Below are positions 37,606-45,761 of a stretch of 64,000 nucleotides of DNA, one piece after another. Within the stretch, counting starts at the first letter, position 1, and every line of letters starts with the position of its first letter. This DNA comes from a virus, in the IMG/VR virus record IMGVR_UViG_3300045738_002140, positions 32,001-96,000 of that record; one strand, 5' to 3'. A model generated the notes under the pieces. That model did not search any database. It saw nothing but the letters and a program-made list of their open reading frames with translations, and was not told the DNA's origin. A program made the translations under genes and the position numbers.

Positions 37606-38465
37606 ATATAGGAATCGTAGGGAATGGGTTTGTGGGGAAAGCTACCGCCCTGCTCGGGTGCAGGGATGAGCGCGGTACTTATCGTTCTGAAGATAATGTC
37701 ATAATGACTTACGACAAGGACCCAGACAAGAGGGTGCCTAGGGAAGTGGAGCTTCATCATCTTAAGGATTGTGGCGTGGTGTTCGTATGCGTTCCAACGC
37801 CCATGAATAAAGATGGGTCATGTTACACGGGTATCGTTGAGGAAGTCATCGAAGAGCTTCGGTCGAACGACGTCGAGGATATAGTCATAAGGTCAACTGT
37901 GCCTGTGGGGTTTTGTCGCGAGCAGGGCGTTAACTTTATGCCTGAGTTTTTAACTGAAGCTAGCTGGGGAGAGGACTTTAAGTCGTGCAGGAACTGGGTG
38001 TTTGGTTTAGACGATCCAGACAATAAGGATTTGAAATTAAAATTAAGACAAATATTCTTAACTGCCAAGCATAATGGCAAAATTAACCATGCTAATTTTA
38101 TGTTTTGCCCTAGCGAGGTGGCAGAGTTGAGCAAGTACGCTAGAAATTGTTTCTTGGCAACCAAGGTCTCTTTTTTTAATGAAATAGAAGAATTTTGTAG
38201 GGTTAAAAACATCTCGTACGAACAAGTAAGAGAGCTCGTAGGCATGGACGACAGGATTGGGACAAGTCACACCTCTGTTCCGGGCCCGGACGGAAAAAGG
38301 GGCTTCGGTGGAACCTGTTTCCCTAAAGATATAAGTTCTCTTTTTAACCAAATGGCAAGCTCTGGGATGGAAAGCTATGTCGTCGAGGCTGCCTGTGCCA
38401 GAAATGTGCAGGTGGACAGAAAGGGTCAGGACTGGAAAAATAGCAAAGGAAGAGCCGTGGTTTGA
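37602..38465 (+). CDS. UDP-glucose/GDP-mannose 6-dehydrogenase-like protein (short, no C-terminal domain)
   Basis: GNGFVG, CVPTP, RSTVP, PEFL, GFGGTCFPKD. Confidence 0.9.
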   Translation: MNIGIVGNGFVGKATALLGCRDERGTYRSEDNVIMTYDKDPDKRVPREVELHHLKDCGVVFVCVPTPMNKDGSCYTGIVEEVIEELRSNDVEDIVIRSTVPVGFCREQGVNFMPEFLTEASWGEDFKSCRNWVFGLDDPDNKDLKLKLRQIFLTAKHNGKINHANFMFCPSEVAELSKYARNCFLATKVSFFNEIEEFCRVKNISYEQVRELVGMDDRIGTSHTSVPGPDGKRGFGGTCFPKDISSLFNQMASSGMESYVVEAACARNVQVDRKGQDWKNSKGRAVV

Positions 38466-38947
38466 ATATAATATTCGAAAAGACTTCCTTAAGCGCGGTT
38501 AAGCCAACAAAACAGCACCCACAAGACGCTGGCTATGATTTGTACAGCACACACAGGGTTGTTATCAATCCAATGGAAAGAGCAGTCGTCCCAACTGGAA
38601 TAATCGCTCAAATTCCTGAAGGATATTATGGCAGGATTGCGCCAAGAAGCGGGTTGGCGATCAGGAATGGGGCGGGCATACTTGCCGGGGTAATCGACTC
38701 AGGCTATGCAGGGGAAATAGGCGTCGTCCTTGTGAACTTAAACCTGCCCGTGTCCCTGTTGAACCCAAGCAAAAAGATCGCTGCTTTTGAAAACATGTTC
38801 GGACAAAAAGGAAAAATAGAAATAAATCCCGGCGACAGGGTAGCTCAAATAATTATTGAAAAATGTTATGATGTGACATGGACAGAGTCAACAGAAACAA
38901 AACAGTCCGAAAGGGGAGAGGGAGGTTTTGGTAGCTCAGGAATTTGA
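38462..38947 (+). CDS. dut: Trimeric dUTPase
   Basis: AGYDL, PRSGLA, GVIDSGYAG, RVAQ, RGEGGFGSSG. Confidence 0.97.
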   Translation: MNIIFEKTSLSAVKPTKQHPQDAGYDLYSTHRVVINPMERAVVPTGIIAQIPEGYYGRIAPRSGLAIRNGAGILAGVIDSGYAGEIGVVLVNLNLPVSLLNPSKKIAAFENMFGQKGKIEINPGDRVAQIIIEKCYDVTWTESTETKQSERGEGGFGSSGI

Positions 38948-38972
38948 CTTTCGTACATAAAGCAACTATAAT
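38944..38972 (+). promoter_or_regulatory. Near-consensus sigma70 promoter with no downstream ORF
   Basis: TTGACT-17-TATAAT. Confidence 0.85.
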
Positions 38973-38977
38973 CAGAA

Positions 38978-39328
38978 AACGGTAAAGTCCGTTTAAGCTC
39001 GCTGAGAGAAAACAGTGGAGTTTCCCCTAGGTGAGACATAATTTGTCAGGGTGGCAGCAGGAGCCCCAACCCTAGGGAATACCTGCTAGGGAAATACACA
39101 CCCATTAAAAAACTGATAGGTAGTTCCTATCGCAATGCCCCGGCGTGTTGTGGTAACTGCTGTAAGGAGTTTTCAAGCACAGTTTCTCCGCCTGTAAAAA
39201 GGTAGGTAGTTTCAGGTAAAACTGATCGTGTATGTCTGCTGAATGTCCCCTCAGCTTCAAAAAAACAGGGCTTAAAGAAGGCGAAAGACATGCTCAAAAC
39301 CCTCTCTCGTAGGGGGTTTTGTCTTTTC
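38978..39328 (+). ncRNA. Candidate large structured non-coding RNA, family unrecognised
   Basis: Own promoter and terminator, no ORF of 60 aa or more, raised GC, nested long-range helices (see findings). Confidence 0.7.
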
Positions 39329-39329
39329 T
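39295..39329 (+). terminator. Intrinsic terminator
   Basis: CAAAACCCTCT/AGGGGGTTTTG stem followed by TCTTTTCT. Confidence 0.8.
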
Positions 39330-39390
39330 CCTTAAGAAAGGCGTCAACATACTTTTGAAAAAATTATTATAAATTGATATATTTTACTAG

Positions 39391-39744
39391 ATGGATATCG
39401 ATTATGATGTTGTTCTTGCTAATTCTTTTATAAGCTGTGCTGTGTTACTGGTCTGGTTTAAGACTGAGGCTGTGCTAGAATACGCAAAGCTATTCGGCTT
39501 GGGTAAGATTTTCTACGAAAAAGAATATGAAAAATTTGCAAAGACTAATATGTTTCTTGGGTACCACGATTTTCTTTTAAAAAAACATAACTGTTTTGTA
39601 ATGAGGCTTATCACTTGCCCTGTTTGTCTTACGGTTTGGATGAGCGTTTTTTTTGCTTTATTTTTTGGTTTTTATTACTTGTGTCCTAATATTATTATTA
39701 GTTTGAGTATCTATTTTTTTGTGTTAAAATTAATGAAGGATTAA
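39391..39744 (+). CDS. Membrane protein with CxxC (DUF1360-like)
   Basis: Hydrophobic segments, LITCPVCLTVW; TTGAAA-17-TATATT promoter 7 nt upstream. Confidence 0.65.
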   Translation: MDIDYDVVLANSFISCAVLLVWFKTEAVLEYAKLFGLGKIFYEKEYEKFAKTNMFLGYHDFLLKKHNCFVMRLITCPVCLTVWMSVFFALFFGFYYLCPNIIISLSIYFFVLKLMKD

Positions 39745-39747
39745 GTT

Positions 39748-40023
39748 ATGGTAATTGATAGTTTTGGAAGATTTTTTGTTGAGTTAGAGTCTATAGGTAA
39801 ATTGTCTGAATATAACGAGATGCTTTCCCATTGGAGAAACATGGTTACAGGCCTACGGGGAGGGTGCGGCTGCGACAGAAGCAAAAGGGTAGAAGGTGTA
39901 GAGATTATGTATAAAAATATGTGCGAAATACTTTCAGACGAAGACAAGAAGGAAATAAAAGAGAAGCTTCAAGTAGACAAAATAGAACTAAGCCACGATG
40001 AACAGATCTTTTGCTCCTTCTAA
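39748..40023 (+). CDS. Hypothetical protein
   Basis: GCGCDR motif; operon spacing. Confidence 0.65.
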   Translation: MVIDSFGRFFVELESIGKLSEYNEMLSHWRNMVTGLRGGCGCDRSKRVEGVEIMYKNMCEILSDEDKKEIKEKLQVDKIELSHDEQIFCSF

Positions 40024-40210
40024 CAGGGCCCACCCCTTCAACAGCTTCACGAAGAAAATGGTTGGTAAGACCGTGCTCGTAAGCAGGGGCGACAGAGAAT
40101 ATCCCGCCGAAGTCTTGGGCACAAAAAACGAAAATGAGTTGATAATTCGACGGTTCGGCCCCAATTCCCACGAAGAATGTGTAAATTTGTTTGATATTCG
40201 CTCCCTCTGA
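39998..40210 (+). CDS. Hypothetical protein (small beta-barrel-like)
   Basis: Overlapping ORF in operon. Confidence 0.55.
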   Translation: MNRSFAPSNRAHPFNSFTKKMVGKTVLVSRGDREYPAEVLGTKNENELIIRRFGPNSHEECVNLFDIRSL

Positions 40211-40308
40211 TCAAAAAAAATGGAGTTCTTTTCTTTTTCTCACTATAATAAGTTAGTGTAACGACCTTCAGTATAGGTTAAAATGACGCATTAACTATAA
40301 AGTATATT

Positions 40309-41244
40309 ATGAAAATTCTATCTACCTTAATCCTCGGTCTCACCCTTGCGATATCTTCGCTTGGAGCAGAGAAGAAGCAAACCACAGCAGAGCATCTACA
40401 GAATGTTTCCGTTACAATACGATCCGAGTCAGGCTTTATGGCCGGAGAAGGGTCGGGGGTGATTTTTACCAGAAAAGATTCGAAAGGAAACCTAGTAAAT
40501 TTTGTATGGACCGCCGCTCACGTAGTGGACAACATGCGCCTTACTAAGCGCATACTCGTCGATGGCACATATAAAACCATTGTACATTTTAGAGACCCTG
40601 TAATTATCAAGGAAATCCGTCAAGACGGCAGAACGGTTGGTCGCTTACAAATGGATGCGGAAGTGTTAAAGTATTCAGAAAGCGAAGACGGACATGACCT
40701 TGCGCTGCTTCGCATTCGTAAGCTGAACTTCGTAACGGATAGCGTCGTATTCTATCTTGACAAAGAGATCCCTCCCCTAGGAACAGACTTACTTCACGTT
40801 GGTTCTCTATTAGGTCAATTTGGGGCGAACTCTATGACATCAGGAATAATGTCTCAACACGGCAGGATCCTTAAAGACCTCAATAAGCACATATTCGACC
40901 AGACTACCTGTACGGCGTTTCCGGGGTCTAGTGGAGGTGGTGTGTATTTAAAATCTGACGCCAGATATGTAGGGATGTTGGTTCGTGGAGCAGGAGAAGG
41001 GTTTAATTTAATCGTACCTGTGAGGCGCATGGTCGAGTACTGCCAAGAGAACAAAATCATGTGGGCCCTAGATAAAAATGTGCCAATGCCCACAGAAGCC
41101 GAACTCAAGAAAATGCCCATAGAAAATGCCCCTAAGGAAAAAGAAGAAACTAAAGAGGCAAAAAAGGAAACAACTAAAAAGATGTTCCCGTTCATGTTGC
41201 GTGTAACCTACCCTAGAGTATTTATTATTAAGGAAAAAAAATAA
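40309..41244 (+). CDS. Secreted trypsin-like serine protease
   Basis: Signal peptide; GSG, TAAHVV (His), DLALL (Asp), PGSSGGG (Ser). Confidence 0.92.
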   Translation: MKILSTLILGLTLAISSLGAEKKQTTAEHLQNVSVTIRSESGFMAGEGSGVIFTRKDSKGNLVNFVWTAAHVVDNMRLTKRILVDGTYKTIVHFRDPVIIKEIRQDGRTVGRLQMDAEVLKYSESEDGHDLALLRIRKLNFVTDSVVFYLDKEIPPLGTDLLHVGSLLGQFGANSMTSGIMSQHGRILKDLNKHIFDQTTCTAFPGSSGGGVYLKSDARYVGMLVRGAGEGFNLIVPVRRMVEYCQENKIMWALDKNVPMPTEAELKKMPIENAPKEKEETKEAKKETTKKMFPFMLRVTYPRVFIIKEKK

Positions 41245-41393
41245 TGAAGAAAATGATTTTTACAATTACCGCGCTATTTGCAATCGGCTGTAACTGGAAC
41301 AATTCCGGATGCCCTGACTGCTCGTGTGATTCGAGCTGTTGTTCATCCGACACCTGTTCGGTTGCTGATTGCTCTTGCGCGTGCAAAGATTAA
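41244..41393 (+). CDS. Cys-rich lipopeptide, metallothionein-like (49 aa)
   Basis: Manual translation MKKMIFTITALFAIGCNWNNSGCPDCSCDSSCCSSDTCSVADCSCACKD; TAATG-coupled to the protease gene. Confidence 0.75.
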   Translation: MKKMIFTITALFAIGCNWNNSGCPDCSCDSSCCSSDTCSVADCSCACKD

Positions 41394-41443
41394 AGCCAAG
41401 GGGATATATGAGACAGGTCCAAGGGTGGAGACCGACAGTGAAG

Positions 41444-41476
41444 CGTAGCTGGTTGCGGCCAGCTACGTTTTTTTTT
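41444..41476 (+). terminator. Intrinsic terminator between convergent genes
   Basis: CGTAGCTGG/CCAGCTACG stem plus T9. Confidence 0.88.
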
Positions 41477-42035
41477 AATAAATAACCAAAGACTTAATCT
41501 CTTTTATCTCAAGCACCCCATACCACGACTCCGCCCTGTTATCTCCTATTATCCAAACGCTGCCATTAGGAATGGTTTTCTTTACTTGATTCACCAAGCT
41601 AACAACAGGTTTGCCTTTGTCAGGGCCATTCCAATATATAAGGTTCTTGTCGTTGTCGTCGACCAAGAAAAACGATATCAGTCCGCGCCCGTACGGGTCC
41701 TTAAATAATTTATCATTTAAATAAATTTCCCCTTCTTTTATTTCTACGGTTTCCCCCGGTAAACCTATAACCCTTTTAGTGAGTAGATCTCCTGCCTCCT
41801 TGTCCTTTATTAATACTAGGTCTAACCTGTCAGGCGTCCACCCTTTTCCTAGAGTCGATCTATTTTGCACAACCAGCCATTCATTATCATAGATAGTAGG
41901 CTCCATGCTAATTCCTGACATATATATAAATTGATATTTATACCCGAACAGGGCAAGCCATGACAGCAGAATGAAGATCACAAGGATACAGAAGTCCCTT
42001 ATTCTTTTTGAAATTTTTTTCTTTAAAATATTCAC
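41475..42035 (-). CDS. lepB: Signal peptidase I (S26)
   Basis: TM helix, SGISMEPT (Ser), KRVIGLPGE (Lys), GDNR. Confidence 0.92.
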   Translation of the reverse strand: MNILKKKISKRIRDFCILVIFILLSWLALFGYKYQFIYMSGISMEPTIYDNEWLVVQNRSTLGKGWTPDRLDLVLIKDKEAGDLLTKRVIGLPGETVEIKEGEIYLNDKLFKDPYGRGLISFFLVDDNDKNLIYWNGPDKGKPVVSLVNQVKKTIPNGSVWIIGDNRAESWYGVLEIKEIKSLVIY

Positions 42036-42038
42036 AAC

Positions 42039-42719
42039 CTACCACACTCGGGTTTTGTATTCAATTATTATACCCATTGTGCTACTCAAATTATAAACAG
42101 AATGGTTATATCTATAAGGCACGAACACCACGTCCCCAGACTCTTGAGTACATTCAATGGTTTGTATTGTCTTTTTTAAATTAAGGTACTCCGCCTCATA
42201 CCACTGAGGCCACAGAGAGCCCTTTGCGTATTCGTCGTAATATAAAAGCTCCAAGCGCGCACCCACAATAGTCGAAGAATCAAAAAGTATCCACTTCTTT
42301 TTCCCATAAACCATAAAATTTAAAGCGTCTCCATGAGAATGAGGCAGCGCGCCAGTCCCTGCATCACCAGAAAAGAATATATGACCACCAACATCCCCTT
42401 CATCAAAGAATACATTAGGAAACGTAAAGTCGCTTAAAAAATCCCCACGCTCTACCACTCCCTGTCTTGTAAAGGTATACTCTTTTTTGTCATATAGATT
42501 GTTAAAAAAGTTTTCATAAGTTGCACGCTTAGAAGAATAAACAGGCCGAGCGTCATCGCTATAAGAACAAATACTTTTTCCCCATTTTTTAATGATATAT
42601 TCTTTGTCCCATTTTTTTAAGTTTTTAAATTCGCTTGTGCCGTTTTTTATTAGAGTTGGTATCCTTCGCCGCCTAAGATCAGCAAGGGACTCCCTTGTTA
42701 TATCAGTTACTGTATTCAT
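42039..42719 (-). CDS. JmjC/cupin-like 2OG-Fe(II) oxygenase-fold protein
   Basis: GALPHSHG...GKKKWILF...QESGDVVFVP...HSV. Confidence 0.85.
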   Translation of the reverse strand: MNTVTDITRESLADLRRRRIPTLIKNGTSEFKNLKKWDKEYIIKKWGKSICSYSDDARPVYSSKRATYENFFNNLYDKKEYTFTRQGVVERGDFLSDFTFPNVFFDEGDVGGHIFFSGDAGTGALPHSHGDALNFMVYGKKKWILFDSSTIVGARLELLYYDEYAKGSLWPQWYEAEYLNLKKTIQTIECTQESGDVVFVPYRYNHSVYNLSSTMGIIIEYKTRVW

Positions 42720-42799
42720 CTAGGTTAAAATAATTATCGACATATAACTAAAAAAAGTCTAGAAATTCTCACAGCGTCCTTCTACTATTAAGAAGACAG

Positions 42800-44131
42800 A
42801 TGGATAAGATTTTTATACAAATAGCCAGCTACAGAGACCCCGAGTTAGTGCCCACCATAAAGGACTGTCTTGATAACGCATCAGACCCAGAGGCCCTAGT
42901 GTTTGGAATATGCAGGCAATTTCATGAAGACGACGGATTCGATAGCCTTGAAGAATACAAAGATGATCCGAGATTTAGGATAAAAGATATACCCCATAAC
43001 GAAACGAAAGGAACCTGTTGGGCCAGAAACCAAATACAACAGCTGTATGAAGGAGAAAAATATACCCTACAGCTTGACTCCCACCACAGATTCACAAAGG
43101 ACTGGGACGATCAGCTTAAGAAAATGTTCCACGACCTAGTAGGCCTCGGTTACCAAAAACCCCTACTTACAGCATACATATCCTCATATAACCCCAGAAA
43201 GGACCCAGAAGAACGGGTGCAAGAGCCTTGGCAAATGAATTTCGATAGGTTCATACCAGAAGGCGCGGTGTTTTTTATGCCATCAACGATAGAGAACTGG
43301 GAGAAGCTAAAATACCCAGTACCCGCTAGGTTCTATTCCGCTCATTTTTGTTTTACTTGGGGAAAATTCTGCGAAGAGGTCCAGCATGATCCAGAATATT
43401 ATTTCCACGGGGAGGAGATAAGCATCGCGGCAAGAGCTTACACCCATGGGTACGACATGTTCCACCCGCATAAGGTTGTAATATGGCACGAATACACAAG
43501 GAAAGGGAGGACGAAACAATGGGACGACGATTCAGATTGGGGAAACAAGAACGCCTCGTCTCACCTAAGGAACAGAAAGCTATTTGGAATGGACGGGCTT
43601 AAGCGTGACATAGAATTCGGAAAATATGGATTCGGGAGCCAGAGGTCACTGCAGGATTATGAAATATACTCAGGACTTCACTTCGCAAAGAGAGCCATTC
43701 AGCAATGGACCAAGGATGATAACTATCCGCCCAACCCAAATACATACAAGTCACAAGAAGAATGGGAGGAGTCATTTCTAAAAATATTTAAGCATTGCAT
43801 AGACCTTGACAAAAACCAAGTACCAGAAAATGATTATGATTTCTGGGCCGTAGCCTTCCACGACAAAAAAGGCAATACGATAAACAGAAGAGATGTGGTT
43901 GCAGAAGAAATGCCACACCTCTACAACGACCCAGACGGATATATAAAGATTTTCAGAGAATTCGAAACGAATGAACTCCCCTACGAATGGGTTGTTTGGC
44001 CGCACAGCAAGTCCAAAGAGTGGATGGATAGGCTTTCTGGAAGAATATTTCCAGAAGACACACACCAAGAAAATCCCGCCACGCCAGAAGGTCCGAGCGT
44101 AGTTGATGCGGTTGTTTTAAATGAAGAATGA
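42800..44131 (+). CDS. GT60-like GlcNAc transferase (Skp1 hydroxyproline GlcNAc-T family)
   Basis: IFIQIASYRDPE, GTCWAR, LQLDSHHRF, FHGEE...RAYTHGYD. Confidence 0.88.
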   Translation: MDKIFIQIASYRDPELVPTIKDCLDNASDPEALVFGICRQFHEDDGFDSLEEYKDDPRFRIKDIPHNETKGTCWARNQIQQLYEGEKYTLQLDSHHRFTKDWDDQLKKMFHDLVGLGYQKPLLTAYISSYNPRKDPEERVQEPWQMNFDRFIPEGAVFFMPSTIENWEKLKYPVPARFYSAHFCFTWGKFCEEVQHDPEYYFHGEEISIAARAYTHGYDMFHPHKVVIWHEYTRKGRTKQWDDDSDWGNKNASSHLRNRKLFGMDGLKRDIEFGKYGFGSQRSLQDYEIYSGLHFAKRAIQQWTKDDNYPPNPNTYKSQEEWEESFLKIFKHCIDLDKNQVPENDYDFWAVAFHDKKGNTINRRDVVAEEMPHLYNDPDGYIKIFREFETNELPYEWVVWPHSKSKEWMDRLSGRIFPEDTHQENPATPEGPSVVDAVVLNEE

Positions 44132-45761
44132 ATCAATCATATCCATATATGGCTCTCACAACGGTGGAGTTTCCGTTTACCACAACGGTGAGATTCATGT
44201 AATAGAATCTGAAAGATTTTATGGTATAAAAAATTGCGGCCTCTGCCAATACAAGACGCCCACCCAATACAAAATTGATTTTTCTTTTCAAGAGATATTA
44301 AGGTTCCTCAATAGACATTACAACATACCGCTAAAGTTTGGCAAGTGCCTACACCAAAGCACAGACTACGTCATAGGGGAAGAAAGATTTGAACTCACAG
44401 AGGGCATAGACTGCGAAGAGCGCACCCACTGCCTGCACCACGAAAGCCATGCAAACGGCTCATTTTACCAATCAGACTTCCTAAAAGCCCTTGTTCTCTC
44501 ATATGACGGCGGAGGCAACGACGGAACTTTCAACATCTACCTAGCCGACAGAAAGAAGGGCATTAAATTAATAAAAAATTACTTCATGGTTAACCTAGGT
44601 TTTCCCTATATGATATTTGGACATTACTTTAGCGACATTGCCCAAGAGATGCTGTCGCAAGGCAATCTAGTTTATTCCGGCAAGATCATGGGGTTAGAAG
44701 CGTATGGAAAAGTCGTAGAGAAATGGCTCCCGTTTTTTGAGGACTTTTATGATTGCCCTATGCACGCCGACTTTCAAAAAGTGGAAGAAGATTATTTTTA
44801 TGTAAATAAACTCAACAAACTTTCAGAGCACACGGGTATAACGTTCGACGAGGCGGCCAGACTAGAAGGCGAAGAAGAATACAACACTGCAGCGACATCA
44901 CAAAAGGCCTTTGAAAACGTTTTTATAAAATACGCAAGACCATTCATAGAAGAGCACCCCAAGCTACCCATTATATTAACTGGCGGCTGCGCCCTCAACA
45001 TATCCCTCAACTCGAGAATTAAAGAGGAGTTCAACAGACCCATGTTCATAGCCCCAAACAGCAACGACTCAGGGCTGTCGCTTGGCATGCTCCTCGGACA
45101 CCTCAAGCCACAACAAGCCCCGGAGGTAACCTATTGCGGCCTCCCCTTACTGGACAGGGAGTCCCTACTCTCTGACCTAGGTGAGCGCCTGCTAGGCAAT
45201 TACGCAGAAGAGGACATAAACGATGTTTGTTTGGAAAGCTTAGCCGGGATGCTTAAGGCCGGTAAAATAATTGGTGTAGCGAGAGGAAATTCTGAGCATG
45301 GGCCCAGAGCACTAGGGAACAGGAGCATACTGTGCAATCCTTCTATAGAGGGAATGAAAGATACGCTTAACGAAAAAGTCAAACACAGAGAATGGTTTCG
45401 ACCCTTTGCTCCAGTCGTGAGACTTGAAGATGTTAATAAATATTTTTTATTTAATGGAGAATCAAGACACATGACTTACTCATGTAAAGTAAAAAAAGCA
45501 TGGAGAAAAAAATTGAAAGCGGTTACGCATATAGACAACACGGCGAGAATACAAACCGTAAAAAGAACAGAAAACCCTTGGCTCTACGATCTATTAACTT
45601 ACTTTGATTCAGTTAATGACCATGGAGTTCTTCTCAACACGTCCCTTAATGTAAACGGTAAACCCATACTCTCGACAATAAAAGATGCAGTGCAAATATT
45701 TGACGAGGGATTGGACGCATTAGTGATAGACGACCTCATCATATCAAAAAATGACAAGTAA
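44121..45761 (+). CDS. Carbamoyltransferase (NodU/CmcH family)
   Basis: HHESHA, DGGG, GKIMGL, GGCALN, GPRALGNRSIL, RPFAP, NTSLN. Confidence 0.95.
   Translation: MKNESIISIYGSHNGGVSVYHNGEIHVIESERFYGIKNCGLCQYKTPTQYKIDFSFQEILRFLNRHYNIPLKFGKCLHQSTDYVIGEERFELTEGIDCEERTHCLHHESHANGSFYQSDFLKALVLSYDGGGNDGTFNIYLADRKKGIKLIKNYFMVNLGFPYMIFGHYFSDIAQEMLSQGNLVYSGKIMGLEAYGKVVEKWLPFFEDFYDCPMHADFQKVEEDYFYVNKLNKLSEHTGITFDEAARLEGEEEYNTAATSQKAFENVFIKYARPFIEEHPKLPIILTGGCALNISLNSRIKEEFNRPMFIAPNSNDSGLSLGMLLGHLKPQQAPEVTYCGLPLLDRESLLSDLGERLLGNYAEEDINDVCLESLAGMLKAGKIIGVARGNSEHGPRALGNRSILCNPSIEGMKDTLNEKVKHREWFRPFAPVVRLEDVNKYFLFNGESRHMTYSCKVKKAWRKKLKAVTHIDNTARIQTVKRTENPWLYDLLTYFDSVNDHGVLLNTSLNVNGKPILSTIKDAVQIFDEGLDALVIDDLIISKNDK

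Noticed and set aside
38978-39280. RNase P RNA (GGTAAAGTCC near the 5' end, AAAACAGGGCTTA near the 3' end)
   Set aside because: Superficial likeness to CR-I and CR-V only. There is no room for P1-P3 before the motif and the central conserved regions are not visible. A cmsearch with RNase P models would settle it.
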